From the NCBI RefSeq assembly GCF_964204645.1, contig NC_134026.1, positions 16,774,150-16,838,149 of the forward strand: a stretch of DNA of 64,000 nt, given 5' to 3'. Both the position numbers and the translations under genes were made by a program. Below, in pieces: positions 36,509 through 50,700 of the stretch (the stretch's first letter is position 1; every line of letters starts with the position of its first letter). This stretch comes from Tubulanus polymorphus. Its lineage: Eukaryota; Animalia; Nemertea. The notes below the pieces were generated by a model. That model worked only from the letters and a program-made list of their open reading frames with translations, was not told where the DNA came from and ran no database searches.

Positions 36509-37499
36509 TAACTAACATGCCAAAGGATGTGTACATGGGCCACTCTGATTGGCTAGAATCCTCGCATTCGATAGAAACTGACGGCATCAGTGAACTAACG
36601 GGGAAATTAGAATTGTATGTTTGACCACGGAAAAAAATACAACATGAATGTCAATACAACACAATATCAAGACAATATCAGAAGAAAATTATGTCGTATT
36701 TTGGATAGGTGATAGGTGATAGTCAAGGCTAATATATATCCAAAATTACACTACACAGTTAATGTGCGACAAAAAATAATACAGCAATGTTTTTCAAAAT
36801 ATTTGAGGCCTCTTCGTATGAATAAGGCAAGCTTTCGGAGTTTTACATCTGATGATCTAAATAAGTCAACAAATTTATGTAATTGTGGGTTATCTACAAA
36901 GTACGAGCTAAAAAGGTCACGACGAAAATTGGCAAAAAACGGACCATGGTTTGAGTCTATGGTTTTGGCTCTGTTTTTATCGTGAGTTTGAAGAACGTAC
37001 ATAGAGAACAATGGCAGGGATTCGAATAACGTGCATCTTTTATTCAGAAAAGAGTATCATTACGTACATACATGGAGAAATTAATATAATAACTTTAATC
37101 AGAATTATTTCGTCACGCGGAACCAGTAAAAATAACCGTTATAAAGCCGCAAAGTTAATTGAATGAAATTTACATAATGTCAGCGTCTTACGGTCAACAA
37201 ATGAAACATATTGTACAATAATGAAAGAATCAATGAGAAGAGCTCATGCAATTCCAAACAGATGAATCAGATTCGAATATTTACTTCTTCGTTATGCGAA
37301 GTTTTTTCTTATATCAGAGGCGATTTAGTTTAGGTTTTAGAGTCCATGTATATAATTAGTTTATTGTCATCTTTTATACATAAATAAAAGCCATCCTATA
37401 TTAGCTTATATAAGGGTAATCCACGCACGGATTTGTCGGTTCGTCGGTATGTCGGTATTTCGGTTTGTCGGTATGTCGGTATGTTCGCACGTCCCTATG

Positions 37500-38890
37500 G
37501 CGTAATGTCGTAAGATTCAATCAGTCCAATATTGGCGGATTAATTCCAAATACCAGTCCAATGTGATAAGTCTCTGCTGGAACTATTTAATGCTATAATG
37601 GACTTGAGCCGACGTGTGCTTCTCACGGAGGGCCGTTAAAGCGCTCGTAGAAATGGCGATACTAAAAAGCTCTAAGCTTGGCACGATTCACTAATTCACT
37701 TTGACACAAGTAAGGATCGCAGATTTCATCAACATCAACAACAGGATATGGATTCCTTATTCTACGACCTTGAAATAACATAGACGGGGTCATAGGATCA
37801 GGATCTCCGATATCTGTAGGCACGTATGTTAGCGGGCGGTCATTTAATATCGACTCAATTTCGACAATTACAGTATATAATTCTTCCCGATCTTCTTCAA
37901 TAAATCTGTGTACATGCCTATCAAACGCTCATAGAAGCCCCCGAACCAGGGGACTCTCTTGCGAATGAACGTGCACGCCGTACCGTAAGTTGCTAGGTGA
38001 CTGGCAGCTTGAATTGATAGACTTTTGATTACATCACTGGAAGCTAAGAAAGTTTGGGCATCGTCGGAAACCAAAAAATTAGGACATGACCGCCTACTAG
38101 CAAAACGGCTCAACTCCAGAACCGGTAAAAGTAGATCTGCGGGTTGGTTCCAACATTTTCACTGGGAAAAGTATTGATACGCGCAGATCGATAGAAAGTG
38201 GTACGGGAAGTAATTCAGAAACCTGATAGTCGACCATTTCTCGAGTCGATAATCGGCAATCAGATCCCTGATAGTCGACCATTTCTCAGGTCGACAATCG
38301 GCAATCTGATTGTCGACCATTTCTCACAAATGTGACAAGGAATGTTCATGTCCAGACTTTTCAAGATATGATTCGCTAACCGAACTGAAATAACTAGTCA
38401 TCAACTCCAATCGGGGTATAGTTAATTTTCGAAGGGGTGCAACCTTTGTTTTCGACATCAGTATACAAGTATTATCAGATCTATGTAAATATGCTACTGC
38501 GCCATATGCCTTTTCGCTCGTGTCAGAAAATATATGTAATTCGTATGTATTATCTGTCACTTGACTCAAGTCATTCTTAAAATATTGTCTGTCAAAGGTC
38601 TTAGTCGGTAAGCATTGTAAATCTTGTGAAATATCAAACCATGTTGACGTAAATTGAGGTGATAAAAAGGCGTCCCAGTCATTAGTCTGTTTCGAGAAAG
38701 TCTGCAGAAATAGTTTTGCGCATAGAACAACTGGGGATACTAGACCGAGTGGATCGAAAAGTTTCGCTGCTGCACTTGCTACCATACGTATAGCGACCGA
38801 CGAAGACCCTAGGGGATGAATAGCAATCGTCTTATTTCTGGGACAAATCAATTTTATTAAACACGTCAATGGTATACAAAATGAATACAT
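37500..38890 (-). pseudogene. BEL/Pao LTR retrotransposon pol (RNase H, integrase)
   Basis: KLFDPLGL, ELHIFSDTSEKAYGAVAY, SKTKVAPL..LTIPRLEL, SDDAQTF, PWFGGFYERLIG, NDRPLTY. Confidence 0.9.
38223..38324. repeat. ~45-bp tandem repeat (2.5 copies) in a small insertion within BEL pol
   Basis: CTGATAGTCGACCATTTCTC..GTCGA.AATCGGCAATC repeated. Confidence 0.8.
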
Positions 38891-41800
38891 GCTAAGGTCC
38901 AGAGGACATTACAAGCAACTACAACTAAAGTTGAAATGACAGTGACATTTGACGGTGATCAAAATTAATAAATGCACGTAAACTGATAATTACACTAAAG
39001 GATGATAATATTGATAGTAATGATAGTAGCAATGAGTTGTAACAGTGATAATAATGATAAATAATAGTAAATGATAATGATAATTATAATTATTATAATG
39101 ATAATGATGATTATCATCATCAGTTAGAGATTCTTTGGTTTCTAGAAATGAATTTAGCGACAAGACAGATTACTGTCGAGTTTAAATCATAGTTATAAAT
39201 GGAATTTCCAAAAAAATAGGAATTCGCATTTATTCAACATATTTAATCTATTGAAATACGGAAGTAGTTGCAGGGAATCAAGCGAAGTGAGGAGGTTAAA
39301 AAAGTCATGTTGGAGGGAAGGTTCTCGACACTGAAGAAGGAAATGTGTTGTCGATTGGATTTGGTTGCAGTAGGGGCAGTCAGGATCACTTACATCAACG
39401 AAGTTATGTGAATAGAAATGAGATCTCAGGAAGAGGTCTACACGCAGACGATTTAAGCAGATTTCTTCATTTCGATTAAGGTTTTTTATTATGGTTGAAC
39501 TAAGAACATTTGAGTGGTATTTATTAAAGCAGGTTTTAGTTTTGAAAAGGGAAAATGAATCGCAGTTCTGAAGCTCAGGTGTAAGATTATTTCATTGTTC
39601 CATAAGTTGAACAATGGGTGATCGCCTCATAAATGAACAAATAAGATGCTGGGATTCTAAAAGGTCGCTGCGTTCTAAGGGCACGAGGTCGGTTGCTGGC
39701 CACGTTATGGAAATGAAAATTGAATTTACATATGGCGGGACAAACCTGTTTTTTACTTTAAATATATACAGCAGTTGACACTCTTTACGCCTGGCGGCTA
39801 GAGTTTGCCAGTTCAAAATTTGCAGGACCTTATAAGTGTTCGAGTCGTGGATACAACCGGAGACAAGGATCGCAGCTCTGTAGTGAATCCTCTCCACTTT
39901 GTTTAGATTAGAAGTAGAAACTCCCTGGTGGATGATATCACAGTACTCAAAGTGAGGAGCTATAAAAGATTTATAGATTAATTCTAGATGACAAGATCTA
40001 AGTTTTCGGCTTAGCAATTTCAGTGGATTTAGGAGTTTCTGGGTTTTAGTAACCAGGTGTACGATGTGTTCATGAAAATTAAGGTTTTGATCAAGAATAA
40101 GGCCTAGGTGTTTGTGGGATTGTTTTGTAGGGAGTATTTCCCCGTTGAAGGTAAGATTAGTGTAGTTTGCAGTACCACGTTTCGTAAAGTTGATATTGCA
40201 ACATTTGGAAGGTTTGAATGGGAGCCGCCAGATTTTGGCCCAAGATTCTATCTCATTAAGGTCAGTTTGTAGGATTAAACTGTTCAAATTTGGGTTTTGA
40301 GGATTGACTGGCATATAGATAGACGTATCGTCGGCATAAATAAAGGTATCACTGTTAAAACTGTCTGGTAAGTCATTTATATCCCATACAGACCAGGAGC
40401 CAAACGTTGGTCCAATTACCGTTATTACACCTTGGGGTACTATTTGAATTGTGGCCTTGAAAAAATTTCTTCAACCTACTTTCTACCAAAAATTGTACAG
40501 CAGCATGACCAACATCGTGGGGAATTTCAGAATCTCCCTAGTGTTGCATAAACACAATCGATGACATCACAATATCGTATAAAATGCGATTGCTATAAAC
40601 AGGGCCTAATTTCTAAAATTGTACATAGGGCTGGACTCGGGATCCATAGAGGATATATAAAAGGAATAACAGGGGCCCTAAAATAGATCCCTGGGGAACA
40701 GAGATATTAACGTATCCGATGGGGGATAAGTTCAGAGAAGATTCCATTCACTTTCACTTGGATTCGGCGATTAGATAGGTAGGATGAGATAAGATCATGT
40801 ATTTTGCCGTTAATTCCATATGCTTTTAGCTTGTGAAGTAATAATTTATGAGGAAGTGTATCAAAGGCAGCTGAGATGTCAAGAAAAGCCGCCCGAACTG
40901 GTTTGAGAAAATTAGATTATTAATAATAACATGATTGTATATATTTTGATAAATCAATCTTTCAAACAGTGTTGAAATGGTGCAGAGAAGAGAAATTGGT
41001 CGATAATTTTTAGGGTCATCACGAGCGTCCTTTTTATGAATTACTGAAACTTGAGCGATTTTCCATATATCGGGAAAATTACTGCGATCGGCTAAAGTAT
41101 TAAAGACACGTGCTAGCACTGGTGAAATGGCATTAGCAGACAATTTCAACATACTATTAGTTATTCTGTCATGACCGATTTGTTGACATCAAGTTCTAGT
41201 ATAAGTTTTCTAATGGAATCAGTGGCTATATGTGGCATGAATATATCGTGCGGGCTTATGTTTGCAAAGGGGAGCAAGGAATCAAAGTAATAGGGAAATG
41301 TGGCTTTCATACCGAAGGTCGAAAGGACGAGCTCGTAAAAAATGAAAATAACAATAATTTCCAGTTGAATTAGTCGCGCACACTCCTAATTCAACTGGAA
41401 ATTATTGTTATTTTCATTTTTTACTCACTCACACTTTCAACCTTTGATATGAAAGCCACATTTCCCTATTACTCTTAAAATATTCATTTACATGGATAAA
41501 ATATATATGAATAACATATAAAAGTAATTAGGAAATGGCGTTTTCAGATCAGAGGTCGGAGGTCGAGCTCTTATAGAATAGATATATAGATATATTTTAA
41601 ACATATTTCAATATTTATATTTGTATGAGTTAGATTGTTAAACATTAAAAGTGTTAGTAAAGTGTGATTGAAATAATTCATATTTAAATCATTGAATATT
41701 TATATTTATATGCGTTAAATTCTTATTTTATGTTTAAAAGTAACGAGTAATTAACGAGTTGATGAAAATATCAATTTTAATAAAAAAATTACTTATAAAT

Positions 41801-42760
41801 ATGAATGAACAGATACTACAGTTCAAAGATATCGATTTAAATGAATTGCTTTGCTTATTAGAGAATTTACAATATTGGTTTGGGATTTGTATCGGTAATA
41901 GTATGAAGCGTAGCCAGTAGTTTTAAAGCGCCTATATAGCCTATTTCGGGTGTTCATGGCCTGTTTGACATAATCTTTCATCCACGGTTGGTCATTAGGT
42001 TTTATGTGCACTGATCTATGCGGTACATGAGAGGAGTAAATAGCAAACAGCGAATTTGTAAATGATTCAGCCAAACTGTTTGTGTCCAAAGTTTGAAAAA
42101 TAGGATTCCAATCAAATTGTTCAATAGATTCGTTGAGGCGAGCAATATCGCAAGCATTATAGTTCCAGACTATTTTCTGCTCGGTAGCGGTTTCGAGTTT
42201 TGAAACGCCGCATTGATCCAAAAAGTACTATGATCGGTATTACCGATAGTTGTGGTCACTGAGCATTCTTTAATAAGACTCGGAGAATCGGTAAAAAGTA
42301 GATCAATACAGCAGCTGGTGCTAGCTGTAACGTGGGTTGGAGAATGTACTATTTGGGAGAAAAAAAGATCACTGGCGATCTGGTACAGTTCGCGGCCAGG
42401 TGTATCTGTAACATCGCTGTTGCACCATAGTGAATTTTTTGCATTGAAATTGCCTATAATATGTATACAATTATTCAGTGGATTTATCTTTTTCTGTTCG
42501 TCACTAGCTTCGTCACTTCAATAGCTTTCATCGAATCAAAGAATCGCTTTCGTTCATTCAGAGGTTGTGAGGGGGATCTATAAGTGATACACAACAACGT
42601 CGTTTTAAACTTTTCTTTGATATTTAACCATATCGAGTGGTTACACTTAGAAATCAGATCATTTCTAACGTTACAGATTAACGAGTCGTGATAATATAAA
42701 ATTAATCCTCGATTATTTGGCGATCGTCTCCAACGACAAGGTATCGTTCTCCGGTGACCA
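38890..42760 (-). mobile_element. CR1/L2-group LINE, 5' truncated, nested in the BEL element
   Basis: APE (TYRSPS, IGNFNA, CIDL, DH) and RT (NYRPISLL, VPQGSILGPLLFLLYINDL, YADD, HKHLG). ATT-rich tail at ~39000-39120. A 270-bp insertion sits at 40383-40652. Confidence 0.9.
41285..41845 (+). mobile_element. Isolated terminus of a related Polinton-like virus (188-bp fold-back plus subterminal region)
   Basis: Arms 41286-41373 and 41386-41473, loop TCGCGCACACTC. Same AGTAATAGGG end and internal motifs as 17133-17284. Confidence 0.9.
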
Positions 42761-42899
42761 GTACAACCCAAGTACAGATAATAGATCAGATTCATCAGCC
42801 ACATTATCTTCTTTCGCCAAACACATCGATCGATTAGATTTGCTACACCACGATCACAAATTAAATCCACCCTTTCCCATGATTTGTCTCGAAGACTGA

Positions 42900-43300
42900 T
42901 AAAAGTCACATATAGTTTCTTCATTTTCAAAAATCATTGTACCATATACCTCGTACCTATAGTTTCTTCATTTGCAGAATCCTTGAAAACAGGATGGTGC
43001 GGTGTGTAGTGGCAATTTCCGATGAACAGGCGTCTGGTACTCTTTCAATAAAACCTCATTGTTCGTCGATAATGTTGGCATAAACACTAAGCATGTTGTT
43101 TCACCAAGCGTTGAATAGTAGACTTTGTCCTACCAAGGAACTACTCCGTAGTTTGTAGGCAGTGGACCATGTTCCAGCTTCCATGGTAAATGGACCACGT
43201 ATTGTCCACTATCTTCATCTAACTGTATCGAGTTACCGCACTAATCCTCGACAGTAATATTAGATTGTAGTTTAAACGCAGTCTCAAATGTTTTGTGACT
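42900..43300 (-). pseudogene. Upstream BEL/Pao pol fragment
   Basis: HYTPHHPVFKDS motif at ~42975-43015. Confidence 0.6.
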
Positions 43301-45049
43301 TTCTAAAAATTATCAAAAATTTAACTGATTTTTAGTTCATAAATGAACAGTTAAAAATTGTTGAATCATGTCGATCAACCTACTAACAGTCCGGAATGTG
43401 GGATAATGTCAGGCTTTAGGGAACATAATGCCCCCGACGTCTTCACATTTACAGAAAAGATTACGTAAGCGATTCACGCTGATTGGTAATTTTGGCAAAA
43501 GATTGGTAATTTTGTGTTATTGACTGTAACTTTTTCATGTTTTGAGATACAATGTAGAATTTTTCATTGAAGATAGAGTTTTATCTGAGGATTTTGTTGA
43601 TCCTACTTTCGTAAATATTTCTTCATAGAAACGCGCATGGCACAAAATTACCAATCTTTTTGAGGCGCCTTCCCTAAAGCGACGTATATTTTTTTAACTG
43701 TAACTGTATCCGATTGTTACAGCCGAGAAAAATAAAATAAACAATCAGAAAATAGAAATTTTCACCTTTCTAACGATAAATTTTTGAAGCAAAAGAGGGA
43801 TGGACGACAATTAATCGCGCTAAAGGTTTTAGTTTGAAAAATGTGAAAATCTTTCCAACAATGCGGGGACCTGTGAGACGGCCTCAAAATGGTGCCTGGA
43901 AACTGGAAACCTCTCTACCATTTTTCAACTGTAAATTCACACTTGATATTGATATTAATAATCAATATTACTTATTTCATTATATAGCGCACTGCTGCAA
44001 ATTGTAATCAGTGTGCTTTACATGAGTATAAAATTAACACAAGCTGAAGAAATCCAAATTTAAATACGTGGATGATAAAAATCAAGTTAAAAGGTGTAGG
44101 GGCGAAGAGATCTGGCGAAAAAAAACAGTAATGGGCGCAAAATGGACCCGTGCCTAATTGCCCGACCAAAGACGACGGACCAGACCTGAGTCAAATTGAG
44201 CGTGTTAATTTAAACTGGTTCTGGAAGTCAGTCACTTCGCTTTGTTTAAGTATGGACTCGTTTAGATTCCATGGTTTTAAGCATTGTTTAGTATCGAATG
44301 GGGTTTGAATTTGAATGTGAAATGAATTTGAACATGACAATTGGTAAGCCATCCAGTTAAGTCGGACCTGATTCGAGCCAATTTGGCCCCAACAAATCGT
44401 CTCTATGTGATCCCGGCTTATGTTGGTCATGAGTGATGAGAGAAATCTTTCCCTTTATGTTTGCAATTTAGCCATTGTCCTAGTTTTAACTTCTGATTTG
44501 TACCCTGTATAGGGGTTTATATTTCTGTTTGCACTCTTTCATAGAAATTCGACATATATCAAATGGGATATTTGATTAAAGACACTGTAGACCGGTACAC
44601 ACCAATAAGTCCATCCACCCGACCTACGAGCAATCATCTCATTAATGAGATAATTGCTCGTAGATCCGACAGCTACGTTTTACAACTAGAAGTATATTAG
44701 ATCAGATTCCTAATAATAAAATCATTACTATTAAGAATATGTTATTAATTATGAATAATTTCAAAAAGAATTGACTAAATATATTGCTTTGAATGGCCTT
44801 GAGATATTGGATAGGGCGATTTTGAATTATTTTTGGGGAATTTTATCAAGAAGCTCAACTCCCTAAGGCGATAAAGTGTTAAAGGCAGATCTTTACCGAT
44901 TATGATCCCACCATATGAATTGCTCATGAAACTGTAATGTATAAACACCTCACCATTAACGTAGACTGGGGGACGTCCTGTTGCACATGCTATATTACAC
45001 CATGATAAAAAGCCTATTATAGTCGAGTTGGATTTCTTGATGTATAAAT

Positions 45050-45632
45050 TGAATGAAGGAAAAAATGGGCAAGGAAAAAATGGCCAAAACATTAAAAACA
45101 TTAAGCTTTCAATTTAATTATATCATATATTTTTCATGGGGCTTAAAACAATTAAAATCGGTATTGATGAGTTCAGAAATGTGATGAACTTACATTTCAT
45201 TTCATTACATATAATTAATATATCAAGAACTATCATGCAAGTGGTCAATGGATAAACTTACTAGTGATGAACTTAAACTTGATTAGATAACAAAATTGAT
45301 AATTCAAAACATCTAAGTAAGCTATTAGGGCATAGACTGTCTTAAATCATCAAAGGTAAATGCATCGAAATTGTGTGGTAATTCATATAGCAAAATGGTG
45401 CAGTGTCTGATAACATCAAAGTGAGATATGATCGTCGTAAATCCACATAAACTAATTCAGGAATTGGTCTAATAATCTCAAAAAGTGACATGCCAAAGCA
45501 TCGGAAAACATCAATGCAATTGATTTCGTGTTAGTTGATAAAATGACAGTCGGTTTTCCATTTAATCTTGGCCTTTCTTTCCTTGGCCATTTTTTCCTGG
45601 CCACTTTTTCCTTGGCATTTTTTCCGTTCACC
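45050..45632. mobile_element. MITE with GGAAAAAATGGCCA subterminal repeats; another end at 46072-46105
   Basis: Inverted arrays of a 14-15-bp unit. Right terminus TTTTTTCCGTTCACCG. Confidence 0.55.
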
Positions 45633-46136
45633 GTAAAAATACAGGGAGGGTCGGGAGCTTTATGTTCAATAACATTAGGTTCCTATAAATGTTTGCTCTA
45701 TGGATTTCAAAATAAAAGGAAAATCTACGTTCAAACGTGATATCTGTTTCATTACTCGTGATATATCGGGGAATCTCTGCAATAAAATTTCACAATTTCA
45801 AAACTTTTACAAAATGAGCAAATTGCGAACCTTAGTGATATTTGCTAACAGTATAAATTTTAGCGTATATGCGGATTAATGTGATATGTAATAAGTATCG
45901 TAGCGAATAATCAATGAGAAAAGTATCTACCGTAGCTGGATATGACAATTAAAATCCCAAATCCAGAATATCTCCCTCAAAATACCTTCATCCGTTCCAA
46001 AAAAAATCCCCTGGTAAAAATTTCCTATGTAGAAATCTAAAAAATCTAAACCCTAAGTCAACATGGTAAACATGGTGAACGGAAAAAATGGCCAGGAAAA
46101 ATGGTATGTAATTGTTTTCCTTTTGATTGGGTGTAG

Positions 46137-47753
46137 TGTTATAATATAAACTCATGTTTCTGTATTATTGTACATGTATTGTTTTGTGCAACACTGTATA
46201 TGTAAAGATGGTACTATGAGAAGTGTAGCCACCTAACGCTATATTGGAAAAATAAAAATTCTTTTTGTTCTCTCTCTCAATGGACACAGTCGAAATTGTG
46301 TTGGTGTCATTGTTCCTCTCGTATATTTGAGTTCGGTAATCCATCATCATCCGGAGACCGTGACCTAAAGATGGCAACAGGTTATGGGCCCAGGACGCGC
46401 GCTCCGATGTTCGATGGCGATGACAGAAAATACGAACTTTGGGAAGTTAAATTCATGGGCTACATGAGGATACAAAAATTGCACGAGGTTATAACCGGAG
46501 CTTCCGCCCTACAAGGCGATGAGCTAGCGAGCAAGAAAGCCAAGGCATATGCTGAACTTGTACAATGCCTTGACGACCGTTCTTTGACTTTGATCATTAG
46601 AGATGCAAAGGACGATGGGGCAAAAGGACTAACAATACTGAGAGATCACTATCTGTCCAAAGGTAAGCCGAAGATAATTAGTTTGTATCACGAGCTAACC
46701 TCGCTGAAGAAAAGTATCGATGAAAATTTAACCAATTACGTTTTACGGGCAGAAACTGCTGTGGCATTTCTAAAATCGGCCGAGGAGAATATCAGCGATA
46801 GCTTGCTGGTGGCGATGATAATTAAAGGCTTGCCCGTCGAATTCAAACAGTTCTGTACCGCCATCAATCAAAGAGAAAAGACCGTGTCTTTTACCGACTT
46901 CAAGGTCGCATTGCGTAATTACGCATAGACCAATAAGTCCCAATCGGACAATTTTGAAGAAGATCGTGTTTTGAGAGTTAACTCAGCGCATCGTTCATAC
47001 CGCGGTCGCGTAAGACCTGGGAATAGCCAATCGTTGGTGTGTTTCCGATGCAATAAACCAGGACTGAATCGTTCCTTATTGAAAACAAAATCAGGCATGA
47101 AAAATCCTCGCCACATTCGCCTCACCAGAATGGAACAGCAGAATGGGCGTGGCGGTCGTTATTTGAAATGGCACGCTGCTTATTCTTGGAATCTCGTTTA
47201 CCCAAGCAATTGTGGTCTTACGCAGTCCTAGCATCGTGCTATATCCGAAATCGTTGTTTGAATAAACGATTGAATAAAACTACCAACGAGGTGCTTACAG
47301 GTCGAAAACCTAACCTTAGCCATATGCACATTTTTGGTTGTACATGCTATGCGTACCTGCAGGATAAAAGCAAACTTGATGCAAGATGTGATCAGGGTAT
47401 ATTTATCGGGTATGACCGATCGAGTCCGGCGTATTTAGTTTATTACCCTAGTGACGGAAATGTCAAAAAGGTAAGGTGTGTAAAGTTTGACGATAGGAGT
47501 AGATATTATGCCAACCGATTATATGGAAGATATACCCATACAGAATGAGAAAGGGGATCAAAACTCAAACGGTCCGATCGAGAGTGTACCTAACACACCA
47601 AACATAGGTAACACCCCAGTTAACGCTGAAAAATCATCCAGCAATGAAAATATCGAAATCCAGAATCGTAGATATCCCAAGAGGATAAGTTCAAGACCAA
47701 GCTATCTTGAAGATTTCGTCACAGAAGACGATCATAATGATTATATGAATATA
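46137..47753 (+). mobile_element. Ty1/copia LTR retrotransposon 5' part (LTR 46137-46379, PBS, gag, partial integrase)
   Basis: TGTT...AACA LTR; PBS GGTTATGGGCCCAG; gag with CFRC knuckle; integrase SPHQNGTAE...MARCL, GKKP-like GRKP and KLDAR..GIFIGY. Confidence 0.92.
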
Positions 47754-50700
47754 GGGTGTCACTAAACCTAAGACCCCCTAAACCTAAGACCTAAGACCCG
47801 TTAGGTCCTATGTTTATGGGTCTTAGGTTTAGTGACACCTATATATAATATACTAAACCTAAGACCCATAAACCTAAGACCCCCAAATATCTCGTCCAAA
47901 GTACACAAATAACGAATTAGAGCCAGGTCTTATGTTTATGGGTCTTAGGTTTAGTGACACCTATATATAATATACTAAACCTAAGACCCATAAACCTAAG
48001 ACCCCCAAATATCTCGTCTCTGATAAATGAACCAAATTTAGATAGGCCATCGATGGATCATTTTAACTAATATCTATATATTAGAACCATTTCGAATAGT
48101 CTAAAGTACACAAATAATGATTTAGAGTCGGGCCTTAGGTTTATGGGTCTTAGGTTTAGTGACACCTATGTATAATATACTAAACCTAAGACCCCCAAAT
48201 ATCTCGTCTTCGAACTATGTGAGCTGCTACTTCGTGCGGTATCGCAAAGAGGTTATGTTTGGCCACCGTTTATCTATTTTTTGTTTGTTTCCATGAAACT
48301 CTTTATTAGCAAAATAACTCGGAAAGTTATGAATCGATTTCTGTAAAATACGTTTACACATGAACAGTTGATTCCTCTAAAGTTAAATTTATTTATTTTC
48401 AAGTGTCCACTCTTGATTCGCCAAAACAACAGGCTGAGTTTAAATGATCTTATTCAACCAAATAACTCTCCTCATCGAGCTACATTTTTTGAATTTTCAT
48501 TCTTTTTTTCTAGAGATTTATAAGTAGCTGGTGAACTGACACATGTATTTTAGAACCATTTTTAAATCATCCAAAGTACACAAAATAACGAATTAGAGTC
48601 GGGTCTTATGTTTATGGGTCTTAGGTTTAGTGACACCTATATATAATATACTAAACCTAAGACCTATAAACCTAAGACCCTCAAATATCTCGTCTGATAA
48701 ATAAACCAGATTTGAATAGGCCATCGATGGATACTAATATCTATATATTAGAACCATTTTGAATAGTCTAAAGTACAAAAATAATGATTTAGAGTCGGGT
48801 CTTATGTTTATGGGTCTTAGGTTTAGTGACAACTATATATAATATACTAAACCTAAGACCCATAAACCTAAGACCCCCAAATATCTCGTCTCTGATAAAG
48901 AAACCAAATTTTAATAGGCCATCGATGGATCATTCTTACTAATATCTATATATTAGAACCATTTCGAATAGTCTAAAGTACACAAAAAATGATTTAGAGT
49001 CGGGTCTTAGGTTTATGGGTCTTAGGTTTAGTGACACCTATATATAATATACTAAACCTAAGACCCATAAACCTAAGACCCCCAAATATCTCGTCTTCGA
49101 ACTATCTGAGCTGCTACTTCATGCCGTATCGCAAAGAGGTTATGTTTCGCCACCGTTTATCTATTTTTTGTTTGTTTCCATGAAACTTTTTATTAGCAAA
49201 ATAACTCGGAAAGTTATGAATCGATTTCTGTAAAATACGTTTACACATGAACAGTTGATTCCTCTAAAGTTAAATTTATTTATTTTCAAGTGTCCACTCT
49301 TGATTCGCCAAAACAACAGGCTGAGTTTAAATGATCTTATTCAACCAAATAACTCTCCTCATCGAGCTACATTTTTTGAATTTTCATTCTTTTTTTCTAG
49401 AGATTTATAAGTAGCTGGTGAACTGACACATGTATTTTAGAACCATTTTTAAATCATCCAAAGTACACAAAATAACGAATTAGAGTCGGGTCTTATGTTT
49501 ATGGGTCTTAGGTTTAGTGACACCTATATATAATATACTAAACCTAAGACCTATAAACCTAAGACCCTCAAATATCTCGTCTGATAAATAAACCAGATTT
49601 GAATAGGCCATCGATGGATACTAATATCTATATATTAGAACCATTTTGAATAGTCTAAAGTACACAAATAATGATTTAGAGTCGGGTGTTAGGTTTAGTG
49701 ACACCTATATATAATATACTAAACCTAAGACCCATAAACCTAAGACCCCCAAATATCTCGTCTTTGAACTATCTGAGCTGCTACTTCATGCGGTATCACA
49801 TGTATTTTAGAACCATTTTTAAATCATCCAAAGTACACAAAATAACGCATTAGAGTCGGGTCTTATGTTTATGGGTCTTAGGTTTAGTGACAACTATATA
49901 TAATATACTAAACCTAAGACCCATAAACCTAAGACCCCCAAATATCTCGTCTCTGATAAAGAAACCAAATTTTAATAGGCCATCGATGGATCATTCTTAC
50001 TAATATCTATATATTAGAACCATTTCGAATAGTCTAAAGTACACAAAAAATGATTTAGAGTCGGGTCTTAGGTTTATGGGTCTTAGGTTTAGTGACACCT
50101 ATATATAATATACTAAACCTAAGACCCATAAACCTAAGACCCCCAAATATCTCGTCTTCGAACTATCTGAGCTGCTACTTCATGTCGTATCGCAAAGAGG
50201 TTATGTTTGGCCACCGTTTATCTATTTTTTGTTTGTTTCCATGAAACTTTTTATTAGCAAAATAACTCGGAAAGTTATGAATCGATTTCTGTAAAATACG
50301 TTTACACATGAACAGTTGATTCCTCTAAAGTTAAATTTATTTATTTTCAAGTGTCCACTCTTGATTCGCCAAAACATCAGACTGAGTTTAAATGATCTTA
50401 TTCAACCAAATAACTCTCCTCATCGAGCTACATTTTTTGAATATTCATTCTTTTTTTCTAGAGATTTATAAGTAGCTGGTGAACTGACACATGTATTTTA
50501 GAACCATTTTTAAATCATCCAAAGTACACAAAATAACGAATTAGAGTCGGGTCTTATGTTTATGGGTCTTAGGTTTAGTGACACCTATATATAATATACT
50601 AAACCTAAGACCTATAAACCTAAGACCCTCAAATATCTCGTCTGATAAATAAACCAGATTTGAATAGGCCATCGATGGATACTAATATCTATATATTAGA

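Noticed and set aside
47826-47843. SP6 promoter or vector contamination (TTTAGTGACACCTATA)
   Set aside because: Imperfect match, integral to the repeat unit, and no other vector sequence.
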